64,000 nucleotides of DNA from an uncultured Gemmatimonadales bacterium (lineage in GTDB: Bacteria > Gemmatimonadota > Gemmatimonadetes > Gemmatimonadales > GWC2-71-9): assembly GCA_963748815.1 (NCBI GenBank), contig CAVVKJ010000010.1, positions 832,001 to 896,000 of the forward strand, written 5' to 3'. Under the pieces are notes generated by a model that was given only the letters and a program-made list of their open reading frames with translations, was not told the origin of the DNA and did not search any database. Below, piece after piece: positions 21,096-32,985 of this stretch. The stretch's first letter is position 1; each line of letters begins with the position of its first letter. A program made the translations under genes and the position numbers.

Positions 21096-21692
21096 GAAAG
21101 CGTCTCAGCGACTCGTGGACGTCGGACCAGCTGCGCTTCTGCTGCGAGGGCGCAGCACTGCAGCCGCCGCGCCATCCTTCGTTAGGGCCTACGGCGCAGC
21201 GGTACCAGAGCCGGCACTCCGTTGTCAACTGGAGGCTGGTCGGCTGCAGGGCTTGATTGGGGTGCAGGCGGGGTGCGGATGGCCCAACTAGCCACACTTG
21301 AGCGCAACCAGACTCGTTACGGGGCTGGAAGGCGGCCTGGACGCATCCGACACGAGGGCGTGGATGACGCCTGCAAGGTCGATGCGTCAAGGGCATATGG
21401 TTCCCCGACGGCCAGTAGCGATTGCCAACCAGGTACATGCCAACGCGGCGGGTAGGGCGAACGGGTAACTCTCCCGAGGGCAGGTCCGACCGCAGCCTGT
21501 CGGTGCCGCACCGTTGCGTTCGCCGAGCTTGAGCGCCTTCGCCGATAACTTGCTGCTGGAGTGCGGACGGAGTGTAACCTGAAGGGAGCACTGACGGTCC
21601 TGAATCCTGATGAGGCCGGGTCTTCCCCACGATCATCCATCGCGCCGGGAACCGGAAAAGCCGCATCGCCATCAGCTCCAGCCTTCGGTCGG

Positions 21693-22445
21693 CTATCGCG
21701 GACCTGGGGCTCCCCACGCGTCCCAACATCGGGGCGGCCGGCAGAGCCCCAGGGCGACCAGCTCGGCGATCTTGGCCGCGACGTCGCCATCGGCTCCTCT
21801 GCGGTGCTAAGGCCGCTCCGCGAGCCAAGCAGGGGGCTGACTTCGCGAGAGAGCTTCGTATGTCGAGTCGTGCACGACAGGAACGAGCAAGTCACGTGCT
21901 AGGAGTGCCGAAAGTTCTTTGTCGGCGATGCCCTCCGCTGGCAGGCGGCGCAGCAGCAAAGGCGTCACCAGCACGATCCCGACTCGGGACTTCGCTAGGC
22001 CCCTATCGATTTCGCGGAGCAACGGCGTGCCAGAAGCGACGTCCTTCTCACTGAACCAAACCGAGACACCGAGCGACTCGAGCAGATCGTGCAGCTCTTT
22101 GGCCGCCCCTTTGCCGGTCGTCCCACGCGTGACAAAGGAAGACGTCCCGAAGGTCAGGCAGCGGACGCTCGCTTCTCGACGCTTTGGCGAACCGGGGTGA
22201 GCGCCCGCACCTCGGCAGGCGTGTACACGACGGACGAATCGGCTCGCGACCAGCGCGGCCTTGCCGATGCTGCCAGGCCGCTTGCGCTGATCCGCCCGCT
22301 CCCGCTGCTCCCCGACGAGGAGATAGGCTGGGAATGAGTACGACCCATAGCCGCCGAAACCGCGATAACGGCCACCGCATGCAGGGCAGGTCGCTCGACC
22401 GCTCGCCGTGTGATGGCCGCGCACTGGTGCTGTGCATCTAGCCAC
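21693..22445 (-). CDS. TIR-domain (TIR_2) protein with Cys/His-rich N-terminus, frameshifted
   Basis: AGGAGG RBS plus GTG; 'MARCTAPVRGH..CPAC'; 'LRDVFLCHAWDDR', 'VSVWFSEKDV', 'LREIDRGLAKSRVGIVLVTP', 'DKELSALL'. The 3' end is approximate. Confidence 0.85.
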
Positions 22446-22641
22446 GTCGTAATCCTCCTATTCACAATCGCACTGTCAAGAACAGGGTTAAGGAGCCGAT
22501 GGTGTCGGGACCATCGACGCCTTCTAGCTTTGCCGCAAAGCGCCGCGCGTTGGTAGATCCATCACGGCTGAATTGCCAGCGCAGGGCATCCGATGCGCTC
22601 TGACTGTCATTGTACTTCGGCTACCGTCTCCCCACCAGCAC

Positions 22642-22670
22642 AAAGGGCCCCCACTCCCCGGAGGCCCTTC
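22642..22670 (-). terminator. Probable intrinsic terminator of nrdJ
   Basis: Minus strand aagggcctcc-loop-gggggccctt followed by a short T run, about 25 nt after the nrdJ stop. Confidence 0.5.
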
Positions 22671-22695
22671 GGACAATCAGATCGTGCGCCTCACC

Positions 22696-25207
22696 TCACC
22701 CACATTCACTGAACCCGCACACATGGCACTTCATGCACCCCTCGGCGTATTCCAGCTGGGAGGAGCAGTCGGGGCAGGCGCCGGACATCATCTGGGCCGG
22801 GCGGGCGAGCTCGTACTGCGTGGCCCCCTGGGTCATCTTCACCGTCGGCGCCACCTCGGCCTCGCCGGTCGGGATCAGCTCCTGCTGGACCCCCGCCTTG
22901 TCCTGCATCCACTTCTCGATGGCAATGCCCACCGCGTCCGGCACCGAGAGGACCTTGTTGTTGCCGAGGCCGATGGTGCGGTCGCTGCTGATGCCACGGA
23001 GCTGACGGTGGATTTCCTTCATCGGGATACCCGACCGGAGCGCCAGTGATACCAGCCGCCCCATCGCCTCGACATCGGCCATGAGCGCCCCACCGGCCTT
23101 GCCGAGGCTCATGAACACCTCGAAGGCCTGGTGCTTGTCGTCTTCGGTGATCGTGACGTAGAGGGTGCCCAGCGGCGTCTCGACGCGCCGCGTGGTGCCC
23201 TTCAACGCCTCCGGACGGCTCCGCTTCTGGCGCCGCTGCAGGTTCTCGGCCTCCAGGTCGTGCACCATCCGCCGCAGACGCTCGTTCTCGGCGCGAATCT
23301 CAGCCAGCTCACCCATCAGGTCCGCGACGCCCTCGACGGCCTCACCGCTCCGCTCCGCCCAGCGGGGCCAGATCGGCCCGCGCCACCGACTTGCCGCTGG
23401 AAACAGCCTGGGCCTGCACCTTCTGCGCTGTGGCCCCGGTGCTGAAAGCACCTGCATGTCGCGGGAACCATCCCGGTAGACCGTCACACCCTTGCAGTTC
23501 AGGTGGTACGCCAGCCGGTAGATCTCCTCCACGTACGCCTCGGTGGCGTCATGGGCAAAGTTGCAGGTCTTGCTGATGGCGCTGTCGTTGGCCTCCTGGA
23601 AGCCGGCCTGCATCCGGATGTGCCACTCCGGCTTGATGTGGTTGGCGGTGACGAACACCCGCTGCCACTTTTCCGGCACTTCCTCGAAATTGATGTGCCC
23701 CGCCTCGGCAATCCGGGTCATCAAGCGCCTCGGAATGCCACCCTTCCTTCTTGGCGATGGCCACGAACTCTTCGTTGACGTCCGGCATCAGCACGCCGGC
23801 CTGGTTCCGCATGAACGCCACGGCAAAGAGCGGCTCGATGCCGGAGCTGCAGCCGGCAATGATGCTGATGGTGCCGGTCGGCGCCACGGTGGTCACGTTG
23901 CAGTTGCGGAGCTTCCGCATCGGGCGGATCCGGTTGCCGGCCGCATCGCGGGCGCAGGTCTTGTCCGGGCCCCAGATGCTCTGGTCCCATTCCGGGAACG
24001 CCCCGCGGATGGTGGCCAGCCGCTCCGACTCCACCTTGGCCTCGTTGTCCACGAAGGCCTGGACCCGGGCGCCGAGGGTGACGGCCTCCTCGGAGTCGTA
24101 CGGGATGCCGAGCTTGATGAGGACGTCGGCCCAGCCCATGACGCCGAGCCCGATGCGGCGGATCCGCTGCGCCAGGTCGGTGATTTCGGGCAGGGGATAG
24201 TTGTTGGCGTCGATCACGTTCTCGAGGAAGTGGGTCGAGAGGTGAATGGTGCGCCGGAGCTTGTCCCAGTCGAGGCTGCCGTTCTCGACGAACATGCCGA
24301 GGTTGATCGAGCCGAGGTTGCAGACGTCGTACGGGAGCAGGGGCTGCTCGCCGCAGGGGTTGGTGGCCTCGTAGGCGCCGAGGTGCGGCACCGGGTTGTA
24401 GTGGTTGGCCTTGTCGATGAAGAAGACCCCCGGCTCGCCGGTCTTCCAGGCGCCGTGGATGATCTTTTCCCAGACTTCGCGGGCACGCAGCGTCCCCACC
24501 ACTTCCTTGCTCCGGGGGTGGTAGAGCTCGTACTCGGCGTCTTCCTCGACCGCCGTCATGAAGGCGTCGGTGATGGCGACCGAGATGTTGAAGTTGGTGA
24601 TCTTGGTCGTGTCGCTCTTGCACTCGATGAAATCGAGGATATCGGGGTGATCGACCCGCAGGATGCCCATGTTGGCGCCGCGGCGGGTGCCACCCTGCTT
24701 GACCACCTCGGTGGAGGCGTCATAGAGGGACATGAAGGAGACGGGGCCGGAGGCCACACCCATGGTCGAGCGGACCACGTCGTTCTTGGGACGGAGCCGG
24801 CTGAAGTCGAACCCGGTGCCGCCGCCGGACTGGTGCACCAGCGCCATGGCCCGGAGGGTGTCGTAGATCCCGTCCTTGCCGTTGGAGAGGTTGTCGCCCA
24901 CCGGCAACACGAAACAGGCCGAGAGCTGGCCGAGGGGCCGCCCGGCGTTCATGAGGGTGGGGCTGTTCGGCATGAACTCGCGGTGGGCCATGGAGCCGTA
25001 AAAGGCCGTGGCCAGCTCCTCGATGGCGCCGCTGGAGGCGCCGTACTTCTTGTCGGCACCGGCAATGGTCCTCGCCACACGCCAGAAGAGGTCCTCGGAG
25101 GACTCCACCGGCTTGCCGGCGTCGTCCTTGACCAGGTAACGCTTTTCGAGGACGGTAATGGCGTTCGGGGACAGATCGAGCGCCCCCCGCGACGAGGACT
25201 GAGTCAT
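22696..25207 (-). CDS. nrdJ: Class II (adenosylcobalamin-dependent) ribonucleotide reductase with C-terminal TSCPD/Zn-ribbon region; frameshifts near 23720 and 23340-23440
   Basis: 'FMPNSPTLMNAG', 'QLSACFVL', 'QGGTRRGANM', 'ATNPCGEQPL', 'RRIGLGVMG', 'TVAPTGTIS', 'KGVTVYRDGSR', 'CPDC...CHVCGFSEC'. Confidence 0.93.
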
Positions 25208-25393
25208 GCGTACCTCTTCCCTTGCCAGATGAAGGGAGTGTGTTGTGAGATCGGAATGTCGCTAGTTGGTCACCGGACAGTACCGAAGAGTGGAACGGAA
25301 GTTAGGTAAACTGGCGGTGCGATGCAATGCGCGAAATTATGCCGCAGTGGTGGGAAAAATAGCTGTTCACATCACAAAGGTGATTGAGGTCTT

Positions 25394-25603
25394 CGTCATT
25401 CCCGCGAAAGCGGGAATCCAGCTGTCGTAGCACCCCGGACCGAACCCGCTTCCGCGGGGGTGACATACGGAGATCTCGCCGGCCGTCATCCCGGCGAAAG
25501 CCGGAATCCATGTTGCGCCGTACCGTCACCCCCGCGAAAGCGGGGGTCCAGTGATTCTGGATTCCCGCTTCCGCGGGAATGACAGGGGATTCGCCGGGGT
25601 GAC
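25394..25603. repeat. Cluster of about 5-6 family A REP-like hairpins (BIME-like)
   Basis: gtcattcccgcgaaagcgggaatcca, gtcatcccggcgaaagccggaatcca, gtcacccccgcgaaagcgggggtcca and inverse copies. Confidence 0.85.
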
Positions 25604-25604
25604 G

Positions 25605-25647
25605 CTCAGTCCTCAGTCCTCAGTCCTCAGTCCCCAGTCCTCAGTCC
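25605..25647 (-). repeat. Tandem heptamer (GACTGAG)n overlapping the stop codon of the gamma-CA gene
   Basis: About 6 CTCAGTC units on the + strand; the TGA of the 25641 gene lies within a unit. Confidence 0.9.
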
Positions 25648-26144
25648 TTCACCATCGGGTACTTCCCCGCCCTATGGTCCCTCGCCTGCGCCACGTAGTG
25701 CTCCCAGGTGCCGGTAATCCGGGCACGCAGCTCGTCATTGACCGGCCGAACGATCCGGCCCGGGACCCCCATCACGAGGCTCCCCGGCGGCACCTGCATC
25801 CCCTCCGGCACCACCGCCCCCGCCGCCACCACGCTCCCCGTCCCGATATGCACCCCGTTGAGGAGCACGCTCCCCATCCCGATCAGGCACTCGTCCTCCA
25901 CCGTACAGCCGTGGAGGATGGCCCGGTGCCCGACCCCGCACCGCTCGCCGATGGTGCATGGAAACCCGGCATCCACATGCACAATGGTGCCGTCCTGGAT
26001 GTTGGTCTGCGCCCCGATCGTGATCGGCGCCATGTCCCCCCGGATCACCGTGGTGTACCAGACGCTCGATTCCGGCCCCAGCGTCACGTCGCCCATGACC
26101 ACGGCGGTCGGTGCCACCCAGGCCGTCTTGTGAATAGTCGGCAC
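25641..26144 (-). CDS. Gamma carbonic anhydrase family protein (YrdA/PaaY-like)
   Basis: Hexapeptide repeats; 'IRGD', 'TNIQDGTIVH', 'VGHRAILHGC' His ligands. Confidence 0.93.
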   Translation of the reverse strand: MPTIHKTAWVAPTAVVMGDVTLGPESSVWYTTVIRGDMAPITIGAQTNIQDGTIVHVDAGFPCTIGERCGVGHRAILHGCTVEDECLIGMGSVLLNGVHIGTGSVVAAGAVVPEGMQVPPGSLVMGVPGRIVRPVNDELRARITGTWEHYVAQARDHRAGKYPMVKD

Positions 26145-26157
26145 TATGCCCCTCGGC

Positions 26158-28156
<1,999 letters not shown>

Positions 28157-28235
28157 CAAGCGAAGCTACGAGCCCCAAGCTGGGGGCGCAACGTGGTGCG
28201 GAGCTTCGCGGCGGGGCCGGGGGGGGCGGGGGGCA

Positions 28236-28463
28236 GGAATGTTGTCACCCCGGCGAAAGCCGGGGTCCATCGGCTTTGACAGACATGGATCCCGGCTTGC
28301 GCCGGGATGACGGCCGGGCTGGCAGGGAGGCTGGAATGTCGTCACCCCGGCGAAAGCCGGGTCCATTGGCTTTGACAAACATGGATCCCGGCTTGCGCCG
28401 GGATGACAGCCGAACGGCTTGCGCCGGGATGACAGCCGGACGGCTTTCGCCGGGATGACAGCC
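28236..28463. repeat. Family A REP composite: two ~97-bp units, then three 26-bp-period half units
   Basis: Units start at 28236 and 28333; 'cggcttKcgccgggatgacagcc' at 28389, 28415 and 28441. Confidence 0.9.
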
Positions 28464-28508
28464 CATTCAGGTCACTGCCCCCCTCGCCCTGCCTCGCGCT
28501 AAGCGCGA

Positions 28509-30755
28509 CTACGGGTCAATCACCGTAAACTGCTGCGTCCGGTAATTGGTGTAGCTGTCCGGTCGCGTCACCCGGACCCCGATGGTGTAGGTCCCCGCCT
28601 TGAGGCGGGAGAGGTCGAGCGTCCGGTTGACCCGCGTCACGTCGCCCTGGGCCGTCTCCTCGAACTTCAGGCTGATGGCGGAGCCGCCCTTCCCGAACAG
28701 CCCGCCGCTCCCGCCCTTCCTGACGACCACGTCGGTCTTGAGCACCGTGCCCGGCCGCGCCCCGTACACCTCGTAGTACAGCTGCATCTCGTCGGTGCGG
28801 CGAAACGTTTCCAGCGGGTTGAAATACACCGTGTCCTCCGGCGCCGCGATCCAGCCGAGGTTGTTCTGCCGACGGCCAAGGACGAGGTCGCTCACCGCAA
28901 GGCGAGACTCCGAGCTGACCAGCACGCTGTCGGTCGGCAGGATCAGCCCCGCCTCCTCCCCCTGCTGCACCAGCACCCGGTAGCGGTGCATGCCCGGCGG
29001 CACGTTCACCTCGGCGCGCCCGACCAGGTGCTCCTTGATCGGCACCGGGGTCTTCGACAGGAAGAATCGCGTGGTATCGATCGACGCCACCGACTTCCCG
29101 TTCGCGTCGAGGACCGAGAACCGCAGCCGCACCGGATAGACCTGGCCCCGCGAGGTCGGCACGCCGGTGAGCGACCCGCCGGAAATGGCGTAGGCCACCT
29201 GGACGAGGGGCCCCTTTTCGTCCCACCCGACGGCCAGCACCTGCACCCGGGCCACCAGCGCGCGCGCGAAGTGCAGTTCGTAGGAGTCGGTCGAGGTCCC
29301 GCGCTGGTAGCTCGCCCGCCCCTGGCTCCGCTCCTCCGCCATGTAGCGGCTGACGCTCGCCCCGCCCGCCCCCTTCATCTTGGTGTAGAGCGGCGAGATG
29401 TTCTGCCGGGACGAGAGCAGCTGCTCGGTGGTGGTGTTGTTCGACAGCGAAACGCTGGCGCCCTGCAGCTGCACTGCCGTGGCGTAGCCGAAGATGTCGA
29501 GCAGGCTCTCCACCAGCTTGAAGTCCTGCACATCCTCCCGCGACACGAAATGGAAGACGAGGTCGCCGTCGGGATGGCGGTACACCCACGTCTCGTTCGG
29601 CTCGATCCCCGGCTCCGCGTACGAGGCGCGATCGGAGGGCGTGCCGTGGCGCAGGTAGATCATCCCCCGGTCGTCGAACTCCTGGCTGCCGGAGTGGTAG
29701 ATCTCCTCGATGTTGTAGTGCCGGTTGACGCTGGCCAGCCGGAAGTTGGTGCGGGCGTACTGCAGCCGGTGGTAGTGCTCCTTGAGCCGCTCGTTCGGGC
29801 TGCGCAGGCTGGCGTGGTCCCGGCTGGTCCAGAACTCGGTGAGCCAGGTGGCGCGGCCGTCCCCCGAAGTCGAGTCGAACGCCGCCAGCTCCGGCGCCGA
29901 CGCGAAGTACTCCAGGTCCTTCCGGTAGAGCGGCACGCTCATCGTGTCGTTAAACGCCGCGCCCTCGTAATAGCTGGCGGCGCCGACGTCGAGCCCCATC
30001 CCCAGCTGCGTCCGTCCCAGCTCGTACAGCCCCAGCCCCTTGTCGCCCCCGTTGGCCAGGTAGCCCATGAACGCCGCCACCGCCGAATCGGGACTCCCCA
30101 CCTCGCGCTCGATGCGACCACGCGCCAGGAGCACCTCGGGATGCTGGGCCGACTGGCTGTTGGCGCTCTGGCGCAGCGCCTCGAGTGCCACGTCGAGGCG
30201 GATGTTGACCCGCTGGTTGAGCGACGTGTTCGCCAGTTCCACCAGCCCATGCACGAACCCCGGGTCGACCTCCGCGGAGCGCGCGTAGGCGTCCGCCGCC
30301 TTGGCCAGCGCGTCCTTGCCGAACATCGTCTTGAGACCGGTCACCACCGCCAGCTGGGAGTCGCCGATCGACAGCTCGGCCATGCCGAGGCCATACCAGG
30401 GGTAGGGCCAGTTGGGCTCGAGCTGGGTGGCCCATTCGAATTCGGAGGCGGCGTCGTCGTAGTGGGGGCCGGCGGCGAGATCGCCGTACCGGAGGGAAAG
30501 GAACCCGAGCCGGAGGTGCAGGATCGTGTTGTTGCGGTCGGCCTTGGCTTCGGTGATCATGAGCCGCTCCCAGCGGAGCAGCATGATGGTGTCCGAGGTC
30601 GAGCGGAGGGTGTCGCGCCAGGCCTCGATGGCGGCCCGCTGCTCGGGCGCCTGAGCACGAGCCGGGGTAGCCAGCATCAGAAACAGCCCGAGCAGCGCGC
30701 CGAGGCGGCGAAGCGGGGAAGCGGGGAAGTGTTGGAAATTGAAACGAGGACTCAT
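28509..30755 (-). CDS. Secreted TPR + GWxTD-domain-like protein
   Basis: Signal peptide, helical repeats, 'EFWTSRD...NERLKEHYHRLQYARTNF...DDRGMIYLRHGTP...NETWVY'. Confidence 0.75.
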   Translation of the reverse strand: MSPRFNFQHFPASPLRRLGALLGLFLMLATPARAQAPEQRAAIEAWRDTLRSTSDTIMLLRWERLMITEAKADRNNTILHLRLGFLSLRYGDLAAGPHYDDAASEFEWATQLEPNWPYPWYGLGMAELSIGDSQLAVVTGLKTMFGKDALAKAADAYARSAEVDPGFVHGLVELANTSLNQRVNIRLDVALEALRQSANSQSAQHPEVLLARGRIEREVGSPDSAVAAFMGYLANGGDKGLGLYELGRTQLGMGLDVGAASYYEGAAFNDTMSVPLYRKDLEYFASAPELAAFDSTSGDGRATWLTEFWTSRDHASLRSPNERLKEHYHRLQYARTNFRLASVNRHYNIEEIYHSGSQEFDDRGMIYLRHGTPSDRASYAEPGIEPNETWVYRHPDGDLVFHFVSREDVQDFKLVESLLDIFGYATAVQLQGASVSLSNNTTTEQLLSSRQNISPLYTKMKGAGGASVSRYMAEERSQGRASYQRGTSTDSYELHFARALVARVQVLAVGWDEKGPLVQVAYAISGGSLTGVPTSRGQVYPVRLRFSVLDANGKSVASIDTTRFFLSKTPVPIKEHLVGRAEVNVPPGMHRYRVLVQQGEEAGLILPTDSVLVSSESRLAVSDLVLGRRQNNLGWIAAPEDTVYFNPLETFRRTDEMQLYYEVYGARPGTVLKTDVVVRKGGSGGLFGKGGSAISLKFEETAQGDVTRVNRTLDLSRLKAGTYTIGVRVTRPDSYTNYRTQQFTVIDP

Positions 30756-30822
30756 CGGCCCTGTCGGGATAGGGTACACGATGGAGACGCCTGACCCGGA
30801 AATGGGGGCACACGGGGTGGGC

Positions 30823-32799
30823 CTACTTCCCCGCGTCCCCGCTTCCCCGCTTCCCCGCCTCCCGGAGGTACTCCACCACTCCGTTGTAGACCCCTTCAGC
30901 ATACATCTTCTGCCCGAGCGGGGTCCGGAGCGCCGCTTCCTGTTCCGGGATGGCCATGAACATCGCCTCGGTCAGGATGGAGGGCATCCAGGTCGGGCGC
31001 ACCAGCGCCAGGTCTCCCCGGCCGACACCGAGGTCGCGGAGGGCGAGGCGCTTGACCAGCGCGGCCTGCACCTCGCGGGCGAAGGCGGCACTGCGGGGTT
31101 GATTGTAGAAGACGCTCGTCCCGCTGTTGGTGATGGGATTCACCCCATCCGGGAGGGCGTTGTTGTGGATGGAAATCAGCAGGTCGGCGTCCACGCTGTC
31201 GGCATAGAAGGGCCGCCAGGCGAGGTCCACCGGCTTCTCCGTGGTGCGAGTCATCAGGACTTCCGCGCCGCCTTCCTCGAGCATCTCCTGCAGTGCGAGG
31301 GCGACGGCGAGGTTGGCGGCGGCCTCGGTGTACCCGGTGGGCCCGGTGGCGCCGAGGGGAGGATGGCCGGCGTCGACCACGATGCGGATGCCGTCGAGGG
31401 GGTGCGATTTCTGGACGACAGGCGGGCGCCTGATCTCCAGCATCAGGTCGGTGCGGTCCCACCGGGTGCGGTATCCCCACACCGACTGGCTCAGGTCGAT
31501 GGTGATGGTGACCTCATCCGCCGTCGCCTGGTCCCAGGTCATCTGGGTGACGAGCGAGTCCTCCCCGCCGTAGCGCATCCAGTTCACGTCGGCGAATGCC
31601 CCGTAGAGCCGCACCGTGATCGACGACTCGTCCTCGCTGACCAGGAAGGGGACCCGCGCGCTGAGCGGAATCCGAAGCGTCGCACTGGTGGGCGCGGAGG
31701 TCAGGGACACCGAGCCGACGATGGCCTCGATGGGCGGGGTGCCTGCCGGCAGGGCGTGCGCATCGGCGGCGGTGATCCAGGCGAGCGACGTCGCCGAGAG
31801 CGCGAGCCGGAGGTCGCCGTTCAGGCGGCCGGAGACATTGGCCCGGGTGCCGGTGGGGAAGAACCAGTTGTAGGTGGCGCCGGGGGCGGCGCGCCCCACC
31901 GTGAGCCGGTCGGTCTTGCCGGTCCGCGCCGTATCGTCGTCGAGCTCGACCACCACGGGGAGGCTGTCGAGGAGGGAGACGCGCAGTGGCCACCTGGCCC
32001 GCACCGTGTCCGCCCCCTTGATGGCTTCCACGATGGCGAGCAGGGTGTCGGCCCCCTCGGCGCTCCTCCGGCGGCAGCGGGGACAGCCGGGCGCCTGTTC
32101 CACGCCAAGCAGCGGACCCGGGTCGGCGCCGAATGCCGCGCCCCGAATCACACCGACATAGCGATCGGCGCGCACCGAGCGCGCCAGGCTCGCGGTGTCG
32201 CGATCGAAGGCGCGCACACCCCACGAGACGTCGTCGTACCCGACCGAGTTGGCCAGCGGCACGAGGGTGCCGTTGGGCAGCACCAGTCGGACCTCCGCGC
32301 CTTCGGCGGCGCGGACCGAGAGCGGCAGGTATTCGTCCGCCGGCCACCAGACCTTGCCGCGCGGCTTGAACGACAGCGTGTCGATCCAGAGCGTCGTCGT
32401 CTGGGGAATCGCCCGCGGCGCGCGCCGCACCTTGTAAACCAGCGAGTCGCGGGAGCCGTCGGGCCGGGTGGCCCTGAGCACGAACGACATCACGCTGTCC
32501 TTGGGGAACGGCACCCAGGCCAGGTACGCGCCGTTGGGCCACACCTTGACCGAGTCGCCGTTGATCGTCAGCCGGGCGTCACCGGTGCCGGTGCTGCCGA
32601 GCAGGAACGAGTAGTCGCCTGAGGTCGAGACGATGTCAGCCTTGGCGGGGTAGACGACCGTCAGCGCCAGGGGGCCCGTCGATTTCGGAATGGCGGGGAG
32701 CCGGCCCCGGTTGGGGTCGGATTGCCGGGACTGCTGGGCGCCCAGCGGACCGGCCAGACCAAGCGCCAGGATGAGCAGGGAGAGGGAGCGGAGATGCAT
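30823..32799 (-). CDS. N-acetylmuramoyl-L-alanine amidase (Amidase_3), secreted, multidomain
   Basis: 'IVVDAGH', 'TEAAANLAVA', 'LISIHNNA', 'PSILTE'; signal peptide 'MHLRSLSLLILALG'. Confidence 0.9.
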   Translation of the reverse strand: MHLRSLSLLILALGLAGPLGAQQSRQSDPNRGRLPAIPKSTGPLALTVVYPAKADIVSTSGDYSFLLGSTGTGDARLTINGDSVKVWPNGAYLAWVPFPKDSVMSFVLRATRPDGSRDSLVYKVRRAPRAIPQTTTLWIDTLSFKPRGKVWWPADEYLPLSVRAAEGAEVRLVLPNGTLVPLANSVGYDDVSWGVRAFDRDTASLARSVRADRYVGVIRGAAFGADPGPLLGVEQAPGCPRCRRRSAEGADTLLAIVEAIKGADTVRARWPLRVSLLDSLPVVVELDDDTARTGKTDRLTVGRAAPGATYNWFFPTGTRANVSGRLNGDLRLALSATSLAWITAADAHALPAGTPPIEAIVGSVSLTSAPTSATLRIPLSARVPFLVSEDESSITVRLYGAFADVNWMRYGGEDSLVTQMTWDQATADEVTITIDLSQSVWGYRTRWDRTDLMLEIRRPPVVQKSHPLDGIRIVVDAGHPPLGATGPTGYTEAAANLAVALALQEMLEEGGAEVLMTRTTEKPVDLAWRPFYADSVDADLLISIHNNALPDGVNPITNSGTSVFYNQPRSAAFAREVQAALVKRLALRDLGVGRGDLALVRPTWMPSILTEAMFMAIPEQEAALRTPLGQKMYAEGVYNGVVEYLREAGKRGSGDAGK

Positions 32800-32985
32800 C
32801 GGCGGAAGGTACTTCCAGAACACGACTTGCGACAAGCGGACCGGGTCGGGGCCACCGGGCCATCCAAACGATTGACGCCCCTCCGGAGGCGGCCTAGATT
32901 CCGCCTCCCCCCACCCTCTTCGGCCCGGAGCCCTCGTGGCGCGCATGTTCACCCCTTGTTCCACCGCACGGACCCGCCGAATCCG

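Noticed and set aside
22474..22479. TTGACA -35 box upstream of the TIR gene
   Set aside because: No acceptable -10 hexamer at 16-18 bp spacing, so it was not called as a promoter.
23700..23730. Programmed frameshift, intein or genuinely split nrdJ
   Set aside because: No slippery site or intein motifs seen; the surrounding region has many sporadic indels consistent with sequencing error.
25210..25390. Cobalamin riboswitch or NrdR boxes upstream of nrdJ
   Set aside because: No convincing B12-box or NrdR palindrome by eye; an Rfam or RegPrecise scan would be needed.
28236..28463. Possible CRISPR array or ncRNA
   Set aside because: Alternating inverted REP units with duplicated linkers, not unique spacers.
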